A model generated the notes under the pieces. It was not told the origin of the DNA and did not search any database. It saw only the letters and a program-made list of their open reading frames with translations. Positions 10,196-18,966 of a stretch of 64,000 nt of DNA are shown one piece after another (within the stretch, counting starts at the first letter, position 1; each line of letters opens with the position of its first letter). Where the stretch lies: positions 2,688,001 through 2,752,000 of the forward strand of contig OY759316.1 in NCBI GenBank assembly GCA_963662275.1, read 5' to 3'. Source of the stretch: Candidatus Cloacimonadales bacterium (lineage in GTDB: Bacteria > Cloacimonadota > Cloacimonadia > Cloacimonadales > DAONDQ01). Position numbers and translations under genes: made by a program.

Positions 10196-10981
10196 TTGCG
10201 ACTGTTATTAACAAATGATGATGGTGTGAATGCACCTGGAATTCAAACCTTGGCTCGAATCCTTGGTAAATCTGGACATGACGTGGTGATTGTAGCACCA
10301 GACCAGGAAAGAAGTGGAACATCCCATTCAATTACGTTACGTAAATCCCTGGTTGTGGAAAAGATAGCTCCCAATACATATGCTGTGAGCGGAACTCCCG
10401 CTGATTGTATGATTATTGCTTCACAAGTGATTGTCAAAGATGGAGTTGATCTTGTTCTCTCAGGTATTAATGCCGGTCAGAATATGGGTGAAGATGTTCT
10501 CTATTCAGGTACAGTTGCAGCAGCTATTGAAGCCATGTTTATGGGTTTCAAGGCAATTTCTATGTCAGTAGCAGGCATGCCTCCACACAACTACGAGACT
10601 GCTGCTCATTTTATCGATCTGATGTTGAAGAGTGAATTCCATCTATTGATAAATGAACATGAAATTATAAATGTCAACATTCCGAATGTGCCCATTTCTG
10701 AGATCAAAGGATTCCGAATTACGAAAACGGGACATCGAAAGTATGAGAATTTTGTGAAGATTGAATCTGTGGTAAATGAAAGCATAACCTACAGGGTTGG
10801 TGGAGATAAGCCCATCTGGAATATAGAAAAAGGAACAGACGCTGAAGCTGTGCAGGAAAATTATATTTCACTGACACCTATAGGTTTCAATTTTACAAAT
10901 GGAGATTCATTTCCAAAGATATTAGAATGGGTTGAAGAAAAAGAAACGAATATTCTAAATCATATGAAGCCATTGGAATAG
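10196..10981 (+). CDS. surE: 5'/3'-nucleotidase SurE
   Basis: LLTNDDG, GTPADC, SGINAG, YSGTVAAA; TTG start. Confidence 0.96.
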   Translation: MRLLLTNDDGVNAPGIQTLARILGKSGHDVVIVAPDQERSGTSHSITLRKSLVVEKIAPNTYAVSGTPADCMIIASQVIVKDGVDLVLSGINAGQNMGEDVLYSGTVAAAIEAMFMGFKAISMSVAGMPPHNYETAAHFIDLMLKSEFHLLINEHEIINVNIPNVPISEIKGFRITKTGHRKYENFVKIESVVNESITYRVGGDKPIWNIEKGTDAEAVQENYISLTPIGFNFTNGDSFPKILEWVEEKETNILNHMKPLE

Positions 10982-10988
10982 AGGATTC

Positions 10989-11642
10989 ATGCAATTTGAT
11001 GATCAAAGACGCTGGTTAGTAAAAATTCTAAAGGAAGAAGGGATTCGAGATTCGAAATTGATAGAAGCGATCTCGCTCGTTCCCAGGCATGAGTTTGTTC
11101 CTGTAATGATGCGTGAATATTCATACCGCAACCAACCTCTGGCGATTGGTGAAGACCAGACAATCTCACAGCCTTTAATCATCGCGATTATGATTCAGCT
11201 TCTCCAGATCCAGGAGACGAATTCAGTGTTGGAAATTGGCACTGGTTCGGGATACCAGACCGCTATTCTCTCTGCATTGACAAAGGAAGTTTATACGATT
11301 GAAAGATTAGAAGGCTTAGCGATTCGTGCTAAAGCAACTTTAAAAAAATTGAATTATCTAAACATACATTATAAGATTGGTGATGGTACAAAAGGATGGT
11401 TAAAAGCCTATCCACCCAGGAAAGAATTTGATCGGATCATTGTTTCAGCAGCGTCTCCGCTTATACCTTCATCTCTCGTTGAACAATTAGCTGAAAATGG
11501 ACGCTTAGTAATCCCAGTGGGAGAGAAAACCTTCCAGCGTTTAATACTGGTAGAAAAACGAAATGGAGAAATTAAGACTTCATACCATGGAGATTGTACT
11601 TTTGTGCCATTGATTGGAGATGAAGGATGGCAATCTCAATAA
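10989..11642 (+). CDS. pcm: Protein-L-isoaspartate O-methyltransferase
   Basis: QTISQP, VLEIGTGSGYQ, FDRIIVSAA, FVPL; follows surE. Confidence 0.95.
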   Translation: MQFDDQRRWLVKILKEEGIRDSKLIEAISLVPRHEFVPVMMREYSYRNQPLAIGEDQTISQPLIIAIMIQLLQIQETNSVLEIGTGSGYQTAILSALTKEVYTIERLEGLAIRAKATLKKLNYLNIHYKIGDGTKGWLKAYPPRKEFDRIIVSAASPLIPSSLVEQLAENGRLVIPVGEKTFQRLILVEKRNGEIKTSYHGDCTFVPLIGDEGWQSQ

Positions 11643-11658
11643 CAACAGAGGAGTTTTT

Positions 11659-12165
11659 ATGTCCTGGTTGAAAAAAATCAAGGAAGTCATCACATTGCAG
11701 CCTAAGCTTTCTGAAGATGAGTTATTTCTCAAAAATGTATCGTTCTTAAGAGCACTGACGAATAAACAGATTATCAAGTTTGCCCGTTATGTGCATGTCA
11801 GAAAATTCAGTGCAGGGGACTTCATTTTCAAAGAAGATTATCCGCAAGTCGTTCTTTTTATCATCAAGCATGGCGAAGTTGAATTACTTCCTCACCGTCA
11901 TTCAAAAGAACCTATCATGAAACTTAAAAAATATCAGTACGTTGGAATTGAAGAACTATTCTTAAATTCAAAAAGATGGAGTAGCGCTGTAGCTAAAACG
12001 AATTGTGTTCTCTTAGCAATTTCTAAATATGATTTCAAAGCTTATATAAAGAGGGATACACATGCAGGTATCAAAATACTCTATGGACTATGTATCTCTT
12101 TCAGTCGATATTTGAAACACTATTTAACGGAAAGTGTGCAGGAGCAGGATAATGAAACTCGCTAA
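11659..12165 (+). CDS. Cyclic-nucleotide-binding domain protein
   Basis: FSAGDFIFKE..LFIIKHGEV..IGIEEL..RWSSAVA cNMP pattern; no HTH apparent. Confidence 0.75.
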   Translation: MSWLKKIKEVITLQPKLSEDELFLKNVSFLRALTNKQIIKFARYVHVRKFSAGDFIFKEDYPQVVLFIIKHGEVELLPHRHSKEPIMKLKKYQYVGIEELFLNSKRWSSAVAKTNCVLLAISKYDFKAYIKRDTHAGIKILYGLCISFSRYLKHYLTESVQEQDNETR

Positions 12166-13213
12166 GTGGTTTTATATCATAATTCTTCTCATCGTATTTG
12201 CCTTAGGCATTTTTGTATATCGTACGATTTTCAGTTATATACTAGCCTCCTTAATTTTTGCATATATCTTAAATCCTGCAGTAGTCTTTCTTGAATATCA
12301 TGGTTTCAAGCGAGTTTATGCAATCCTTGTCCTTTATCTGGGACTAGCAGTACTCATCGCTTGGGGAATTGATTCTCTCCTACCGCAGATCATCAAACAA
12401 GCACAAGGTTTATTTGTTTTGATCAAAAGCTCGAATGTGGGAACTGAAATGCAACTGGAGAAAATTCCCTTTATCCAGGATATCAAATATTCAGCTATTT
12501 CTCTCCAAAACAAAATTCCCTTTATTAACCTGACCGGGTATTTTGCCAGCACCATGCTTGCGCTAAAAGATTTTTTTGCCAATTTTCCCCAGATCATCAT
12601 GAAATACTCGGGTAATATCTTCATGGCATTATCTTTTGTCGTTACAATCCCTCTTATCGGGTTCTTTTTGCTGAAGGATGAACATTTATTTACCCGTTAT
12701 CTGGTACACCTGGTACCGAATCGATATTTTGAATTAACCATGCTGTTATTGAAGAAAATTGATGAAGTTGCTGGTAAGTATTTAAGAGCTATGATGATAG
12801 AAGTTGTAATCGTCGGTTCCTTATCATCCATAGTCTTAACCGCAATGGGAGTCAGCTACGGAGTGCTGATCGGTGTCCTGGCAGGTTTCACGAATATCAT
12901 TCCCTATTTCGGTCCTTTATTAGGAGCTACTTTTGGTGTTATTTCCGTGTTGATAAGTGGTAAACCATTGATATATATATTGTATGTAATTATTGGCATG
13001 TATGGAGTACAATTTGTTGATAATAATTTTATCTACCCCATCGTTGTTGGAAAAAATACCAATATGCATCCTTTGATAATTTTGTTGACAGTCATGGCAG
13101 GTGGCTTTGTCTTTGGAATTGTTGGAATGCTCTTCTCCGTACCAGTTGTATTTTTTGTGTATAGCATCATTCGGATTTTACATCAAAATCTGAAAGCCTT
13201 TGAAATAATTTAA
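12152..13213 (+). CDS. AI-2E (PerM/TqsA) family transporter
   Basis: Multi-TM, IIPYFGP, MHPLIILL..GG..FGIVGML.SVP. Confidence 0.9.
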   Translation: MKLAKWFYIIILLIVFALGIFVYRTIFSYILASLIFAYILNPAVVFLEYHGFKRVYAILVLYLGLAVLIAWGIDSLLPQIIKQAQGLFVLIKSSNVGTEMQLEKIPFIQDIKYSAISLQNKIPFINLTGYFASTMLALKDFFANFPQIIMKYSGNIFMALSFVVTIPLIGFFLLKDEHLFTRYLVHLVPNRYFELTMLLLKKIDEVAGKYLRAMMIEVVIVGSLSSIVLTAMGVSYGVLIGVLAGFTNIIPYFGPLLGATFGVISVLISGKPLIYILYVIIGMYGVQFVDNNFIYPIVVGKNTNMHPLIILLTVMAGGFVFGIVGMLFSVPVVFFVYSIIRILHQNLKAFEII

Positions 13214-13225
13214 TTAGAGGAAATT

Positions 13226-14404
13226 ATGGGTTTAATGGAAAAATGCGCTCATTATCATATAGCGCGGAAAATGATGAAAATCGGTTATTATCCTTATTTT
13301 CGTGAAATCAGTTCTGAACAGGACACGGAAGTCATTTGCGATGGAAAGAAAATGCTGATGATGGGTTCAAATAGCTATTTAGGATTAACTTCCCATCCTC
13401 GTGTCAAAGAAGCTGCTATTAAGGCAATTAAGAAATATGGTACCGGATGTGCAGGCTCACGTTTTTTGAACGGTACTCTAGATATTCATATCGAATTGGA
13501 AAGAGAATTAGCGATTCTTTCCGGTAAAGAGGCTGCCCTCACCTATCCTACAGGCTACCAGGCAAATGTAGGTGCCATATCTGCATTGGTGTTAAAAGAT
13601 GATTATATTATCACTGATAAATTAGACCATGCCTCAATCATAGATGGCTGTAAGCTTTCCTACGGTTCAATGCTCCGTTTCAGTCATAATAGTATGAAAA
13701 GCCTGGAAAAAGTACTTCAGAAAATTGAAGGTAAAAACGCCCTTATCGTGGTGGATGGGATATTCAGTATGGAAGGTGATATCGCGGATTTACCAAGTAT
13801 TCATGCGATTGCTAAAAAGTATGGAGTCAGCGTCATGGTGGATGAAGCTCATTCGCTGGGTGTGTTGGGCAAGAATGGAGCTGGTGCAGCTTCTCATTTT
13901 GGTCTCACATCTGAAACAGATGTGATCATGGGTACATTTAGTAAATCACTTGCTTCAGTAGGCGGTTTCATTGCTGCTGATGAAAATGTAATACATTATC
14001 TAAAACACAATTCACGCCCCCTCATATTCAGCGCATCATTACCACCCGCTTCCACGGCAACCGTTTTAGAAGCGATCAAAATCATGCGGGAAGAACCGGA
14101 ACGAATTCAGCAGCTCTGGGACAATACGCATTTCATGTTAGATAGTTTTCAAAATATGGGATATAATACAGGCTTATCCTGCACACCCGTAGTTCCGCTT
14201 CATGTCGGTGAAGATATGACAGCTTTCAAGATGTGGAAACGTCTTGCGGAAGAAGGTGTTTTCATTAATCCTGTCGTACCGCCGGCTGTACCACCATCAC
14301 AATGCCTGATTCGGACAAGTTTCATGGCAACACATACAAGAGAACAGCTTTCATTTGCTTTGGATAAGTTCTATAAGATTGGAAAAGAACTCCATGTAAT
14401 TTAG
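13226..14404 (+). CDS. Alpha-oxoamine synthase, serine palmitoyltransferase-like
   Basis: YPYFREI, GSNSYLGL, GTGCAGSRFLNGTLDIH, DHASIIDG, DEAHS, GTFSKSL (PLP Lys). Confidence 0.8.
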   Translation: MGLMEKCAHYHIARKMMKIGYYPYFREISSEQDTEVICDGKKMLMMGSNSYLGLTSHPRVKEAAIKAIKKYGTGCAGSRFLNGTLDIHIELERELAILSGKEAALTYPTGYQANVGAISALVLKDDYIITDKLDHASIIDGCKLSYGSMLRFSHNSMKSLEKVLQKIEGKNALIVVDGIFSMEGDIADLPSIHAIAKKYGVSVMVDEAHSLGVLGKNGAGAASHFGLTSETDVIMGTFSKSLASVGGFIAADENVIHYLKHNSRPLIFSASLPPASTATVLEAIKIMREEPERIQQLWDNTHFMLDSFQNMGYNTGLSCTPVVPLHVGEDMTAFKMWKRLAEEGVFINPVVPPAVPPSQCLIRTSFMATHTREQLSFALDKFYKIGKELHVI

Positions 14405-14421
14405 TTTATTCATAAAACAAA

Positions 14422-14446
14422 AAAGCCCACCTTGACGGTGGGCTTT
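14422..14446. terminator. Bidirectional intrinsic terminator
   Basis: AAAGCCCACC-N5-GGTGGGCTTT between convergent genes, with A/T tracts on both sides. Confidence 0.8.
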
Positions 14447-14450
14447 ATTT

Positions 14451-15068
14451 TTATTTCTTTCTATTCCGCTTTTTTTCCCATCCCTTCCATACTAAATACC
14501 CGACAAAAAGGACAAATATAATCAGCAAGCCTGTACTGATTTCCTGGTAGTACATCTCTAAAATACCTTTGTTCGCACCAAGATAATATCCCAGTGCCCC
14601 AAGTATGGCTGACCAAATGAATGAACCTAGTAAAGTGAAGATGGCGAATGAAAAATATGGCATTTTCGCCAAACCTGCTGGAATGGATATCAGGTGTCGA
14701 ACACCAGGAACCAGCCTGCCTATAAATGTGGATGATTTACCATACCGATTGAAGTAATTTTCTGCTTTTTCCACTTTCCCAGGATTCAAAAACATCATAT
14801 GTGCAATTTTTGTATCTGCAAGCGCATAAATAATCTTTCGACCTAAAAAGTAACCTAATGCATAATTGATTGACGCTCCAATAAAACTGCCTATAGTGCT
14901 GCATAGAATGACCAATATTAGATTCAGTTCCCCTTGATAACAGCGAAATGCAGCAGGGGGAACAACTATTTCTGATGGTATGGGAAGGAATGTGCTTTCC
15001 ATTGCCATTAAAATAATGATTTGAGGATAACCTAAACGTTTAAGCAATTCTTGTACAAAATTCCACAT
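14451..15068 (-). CDS. DedA family membrane protein
   Basis: ESTFLPIPSE, GRLVPGVRHLISIPAG. Confidence 0.92.
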   Translation of the reverse strand: MWNFVQELLKRLGYPQIIILMAMESTFLPIPSEIVVPPAAFRCYQGELNLILVILCSTIGSFIGASINYALGYFLGRKIIYALADTKIAHMMFLNPGKVEKAENYFNRYGKSSTFIGRLVPGVRHLISIPAGLAKMPYFSFAIFTLLGSFIWSAILGALGYYLGANKGILEMYYQEISTGLLIIFVLFVGYLVWKGWEKKRNRKK

Positions 15069-15101
15069 ATGCGAGATTCCTCTTTTCCGATGATAAACAA
15101 A

Positions 15102-15120
15102 AACCCCCGAATCGGGGGTT
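15102..15120 (-). terminator. Intrinsic terminator downstream of pilin-like gene
   Basis: AACCCCCGA-A-TCGGGGGTT with U-tract on the minus strand. Confidence 0.65.
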
Positions 15121-15140
15121 CGTTGTTATTAATATTTTTC

Positions 15141-15623
15141 TTATGGCAACCAATATGTATCAATATATTTCTTAGATAAATCATCAGAGGCAACTTCAAA
15201 AGGTCCGGTCGGTAAACGGAATACTATCTTTGCATCCTTGACTCCGAAAGCCTGTGTTGAAGTAGCTACAACTGTTGATGAATCACCTAGGGCATAAGTA
15301 AAATAACGTTTATCCAATTTTTCAAAAACGTTCATTTGCTTAATATCATCAAAATAGAAGCTTGTTTGTGCTTTAAATTCATTATCTTCTTTCGCTATCT
15401 GGTTGATTTGTTCGACTGCTACCTGTACTTTTTTCTGCATTTTTTTATCAGCCTGCATTGGTAACCAGAACACAAATACAATACCAACTATCATGATAAT
15501 CATTGTTAATTCAAGAAGGGAGAACTTTGTTTTTCTTTGAACATTACTTTCAACATTGGGTATTTTTTGTATATCATTCTCAGGTGTTTTTGCACCCTGT
15601 GCGTCTTTTGTATCAGTTGCCAT
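15141..15623 (-). CDS. Type IV pilin/pseudopilin-like protein
   Basis: FSLLELTMIIMIVGIV N-methylation-type hydrophobic helix; GGAGG RBS before MATDTK. Confidence 0.65.
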   Translation of the reverse strand: MATDTKDAQGAKTPENDIQKIPNVESNVQRKTKFSLLELTMIIMIVGIVFVFWLPMQADKKMQKKVQVAVEQINQIAKEDNEFKAQTSFYFDDIKQMNVFEKLDKRYFTYALGDSSTVVATSTQAFGVKDAKIVFRLPTGPFEVASDDLSKKYIDTYWLP

Positions 15624-15838
15624 TATTCCTCCCAAGTTTTTTTTACCATTTTCGTAGTAAATGATTTTTGTCAAAGAATTTTTGCATTACAGCCACAGCT
15701 TACTGCTAACAGCTAACAGGGAACGCAGTTTTTTCACAACTATACAGGTTTGTACTACAGATAGTCCCTATCTGTTCTGCGATTGGGGAAGTTTCTTCCA
15801 CTGAGCTTCCTTTCTGCTGAAGTTTCGAGGTAGTGACG

Positions 15839-15901
15839 GGAAGTCCATTTTCCCTTTTAGTTAGTGGTCATTGATTTTTTTACTTGGGAAATTGAACACC
15901 A
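15839..15901 (-). repeat. ~63-nt hairpin element
   Basis: Minus strand TGGTGTTCAATTTCCC-N31-GGGAAAATGGACTTCC. Confidence 0.8.
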
Positions 15902-15984
15902 AAACCTCGACCAAAACTCGAATAAGAAAGGAAGGGCGTATTGCCATACTCCCTACTCTGCCTATAATAAATCCGTAGGATGTC

Positions 15985-16183
15985 ATTCTGGTAGCCCAGG
16001 AAGTCCTTCCTGGGTTAGTGATGACGATAACATAACATCCTTAAGTATGTGCTACGAGAGTCTGGAAGACGGCACATTCTCCCCTAACTCTGATTTTGAT
16101 CTTCATTCGTGGTTCCGTCCTCCGGACTCAGAGGATTTGTGTGGATCCCGTTCCCCAGGAAGGACTTCCTGGGCTAGCAGAAT
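15985..16183. repeat. REPIN/MITE-like element with 30-bp terminal inverted repeats
   Basis: 15985-16014 and 16154-16183 are reverse complements (1 mismatch), each containing the CCCAGGAAG/CTTCCTGGG palindrome. Confidence 0.8.
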
Positions 16184-16280
16184 TCCGTTCTCCGAACTGC
16201 ATATGACAACACCATCCCTTTTAACTCATCTCCGCTCCTTCTTGGCTCATGAGTGTCCGCAATAAACCCCTTAATTTATA

Positions 16281-16397
16281 CCTGTTTCAATCCTGTTTCA
16301 ATCCTGTTTCATACCAGTTTCATACCAGTTTCATTCCTGTTTCGTTAAACTGGTTTGAGATGGGTATGAGATTAGTATGAAATTTGATTTAGATTGG
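16281..16397 (+). repeat. 11-mer tandem repeat element (CCWGTTTCAWW)x6 + (GGTATGAGATT)-like x3, copy 1
   Basis: Homologous to 39948-40065. Confidence 0.85.
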
Positions 16398-16654
16398 TAG
16401 TATCTTGTCTGTTTATTAGGACTTCATATATACCTCTTATTCGGGGAAGTGTGTGAAAATGACTTTGTTACCTTATCCTCCTCTAAGCAAACTCAGAAGC
16501 TAAACGCTCATTGTTTTTAACATCTGATTATGAGGAAACGTGTTTATCTATATACTAAAATGCATACTAGTTAACAAAATTTATTATTCTTGACATGCTT
16601 TACATCATTGCAATCTCTTCTTTATAATCGTTTTAAGATATAAGGAAGGGGCAA

Positions 16655-18136
16655 ATGAATAAGTTGTATTATGGGGATAATCTTGATATTCTGAAGAAAA
16701 GCATTAGTGACAATAGTATAGATTTGATCTATCTTGATCCTCCATTTCAGAGCGGACGTGATTACAATATTATTTTCAAACCAGAATCCAATGGAGTGAA
16801 AGGTGCAACTTCACAAATAAAGACATTTGAAGATACCTGGAATTGGGGTGCAGAAGCTGAAAGAGAATACATTGAACTAATTACTGGTACTCTCACAATT
16901 GAACCACCCAGCCAAAAGCTCATAGACCTTATGAAAGCAATGCGTAATTACCTTGCTGAATGCCCTTTGATGGCATATCTGTGTATGATGGCTCCCAGGT
17001 TATTGGAAATGAAAAGAACACTGAAACCAACTGGTAGTATCTATTTGCACTGCGATCCAACAGCAAGTCATTATCTGAAGTTATTGATGGATTCTGTTTT
17101 TGGAGCAAGGAATTTTAGAAATGAAATTGTTTGGTGTTACAGAGGTGGTGGGTCTCCAAAGAATGATTTTGGAAGGAGACATGATATCATTTTACGCTAT
17201 TCCAAAACAAATGAATATAGATTTTATGCTGACCCGATAAGAATTCCATATCAGGCTGAAGGAATAAACAGAAAAGATGACTCAATGTGGGGAAAACATA
17301 AAGGAACAAATACAATATATAAGCCTAATCCACTTGGTAAAATACCTGAAGATTGGTGGATGATAGATATTCTCAATGCTAATGACCCTGAAAGGATTGG
17401 ATATCCAACTCAGAAACCGGAAGTCCTGTTAGAGAGGATTATTCAGGCAAGTAGCAATGAGGGAGATGTCATTTTGGATCCATTCTGTGGTTGTGGTACT
17501 ACGATAGCGGCAGCAGAAAAAACGGAAAGAAAATGGATTGGTATCGATATTACCTATCTTTCTATCGATGTAATCAAGAAACGTTTGGAAAAGAATGACT
17601 TGCGTGAGAAAGTAGATTTCAAAGTATTTGGCGTACCCAATGATGTGCTGTCTGCTACGAAACTCGCAGAACAGGCACCGTTCCAGTTTGAGATTTGGGC
17701 TGTCAGTCAATTGAATGCTACTCCAACAGTTAAAACGGGTGACAAAGGTGTGGATGGAGTTATAAACTTTATCGACCATACCAGAAAAGATAAAGTGGGA
17801 AAAGGGATTATTTCTGTTAAAGGTGGTCACAATATCAATCCCGGCATGGTGAGAGATTTAAAGGGTACCATTCAAAGCCAGCAAGCAGAATTTGGGATTC
17901 TGATTTTATTGGAAAAACCCACAAGCGGCATGATCGAAGAAGCTGTGATTGAAGGTACTTTTGATTATCGCTATGTGGAAGGTGTTACCCAAACAAAGAT
18001 ACCCAAGATACAAATTCTGACTGTAGAAGATTTATTTTCTGCACCGATTCGAGTTGTTTTACCTCCCAATGTGATAGAACCATATAGAAAACCTTCCTTA
18101 AAAGCAAAAGAAGAGGAAGAGGAGTACTTGTTTTAG
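16655..18136 (+). CDS. N6/N4 DNA methyltransferase with C-terminal Mrr-like nuclease-fold domain
   Basis: IYLDPPF catalytic motif before GYPTQKP and LDPFCGCGTT SAM motif; C-terminal FEIWA..DKGVDG..SVKGG. Confidence 0.85.
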   Translation: MNKLYYGDNLDILKKSISDNSIDLIYLDPPFQSGRDYNIIFKPESNGVKGATSQIKTFEDTWNWGAEAEREYIELITGTLTIEPPSQKLIDLMKAMRNYLAECPLMAYLCMMAPRLLEMKRTLKPTGSIYLHCDPTASHYLKLLMDSVFGARNFRNEIVWCYRGGGSPKNDFGRRHDIILRYSKTNEYRFYADPIRIPYQAEGINRKDDSMWGKHKGTNTIYKPNPLGKIPEDWWMIDILNANDPERIGYPTQKPEVLLERIIQASSNEGDVILDPFCGCGTTIAAAEKTERKWIGIDITYLSIDVIKKRLEKNDLREKVDFKVFGVPNDVLSATKLAEQAPFQFEIWAVSQLNATPTVKTGDKGVDGVINFIDHTRKDKVGKGIISVKGGHNINPGMVRDLKGTIQSQQAEFGILILLEKPTSGMIEEAVIEGTFDYRYVEGVTQTKIPKIQILTVEDLFSAPIRVVLPPNVIEPYRKPSLKAKEEEEEYLF

Positions 18137-18147
18137 TGTTTTAACCC

Positions 18148-18196
18148 TGTCACCGGATTGAAATCCAGTGTTAACATATATCTTCCCTATGGGAAT
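18148..18196 (+). repeat. 49-bp palindromic dispersed repeat, copy 1
   Basis: TGTCACCGGATTGAAATCCAGTGTTAA...TTCCCTATGGGAAT; inverted copy at 52984-53032 with 5 mismatches. Confidence 0.85.
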
Positions 18197-18360
18197 CGGT
18201 ACTAACCCCTAACCTCCAGTCTCTAATCTCTAAATTTTGTTCTTGACTCTTTCGACCAAGATTCAAAACTAGTCGAATAGAATGTTGAAAGGTTGATAAC
18301 CTCTTCCGATTTAATCGGTAATAAGACTTAGCATTAACAATAAAATAAATAGGAGGATAA

Positions 18361-18966
18361 ATGCTTTATAGTCAGGATAAGAAAACTTTAATCCTGGAAG
18401 CTGCGGATAACCTTTTTCATCGGTATGGCTATGCCAAGACTTCTTTGGATGATATAGCCAAAGAAGCCGGGATGGGAAAAGGTACGATTTACTACCACTT
18501 TGAATCCAAGGAAGATATCTTCTTTGGAGTAGTTGAGCAGTATGCCGAACGCTATGAAAAAATAATCAGGGATAGCGTTGATGCTGCAACAGGATTCGTT
18601 GAAAAATTTACTACGTTGATTGAATTACCTCTGAAACTCACTTACAAGCATGCACCTTTGGCAGATGCCTTGAAGAACTTACCTGGTAATTACCTGCAAA
18701 AACTTCAGGATTTCAGGAATCTTCATAAGCAGGGGGTGATCGATTTGCTGGGTGAAGTCATTGATGAAGGTTATAAACAGAATCTCATTACGGTAACTAT
18801 ACCTGCAGAAAAACTGGTCAGTATTATCTTTAACTGGATATTAATGGGAGATTCAAATATAACCATCAAGGATCCGAATGCTTTTATTGCCAAAGCTGAA
18901 GCAGAGCAAGAATGGTTCATCCAATTAATTTTATATGGAATATTGAAAAGAGGCGAAACAGAATGA
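18361..18966 (+). CDS. TetR/AcrR family regulator
   Basis: GYAKTSLDDIAKEAGMGKGTIYYHFESKE HTH. Confidence 0.93.
   Translation: MLYSQDKKTLILEAADNLFHRYGYAKTSLDDIAKEAGMGKGTIYYHFESKEDIFFGVVEQYAERYEKIIRDSVDAATGFVEKFTTLIELPLKLTYKHAPLADALKNLPGNYLQKLQDFRNLHKQGVIDLLGEVIDEGYKQNLITVTIPAEKLVSIIFNWILMGDSNITIKDPNAFIAKAEAEQEWFIQLILYGILKRGETE

Noticed and set aside
16110..16136. Hammerhead ribozyme (minus strand TGAGTCC-GGA-GGACGGAAC)
   Set aside because: Lacks the CUGANGA and GAAA core; only a stem-II-like resemblance.
15864..16265. 133-aa ORF
   Set aside because: Runs across repeat elements, GTG start without RBS, no recognisable motif.
18141..18176. attC site after the methyltransferase
   Set aside because: The TAAC...GTTA span is too short and the cores do not fit the consensus.
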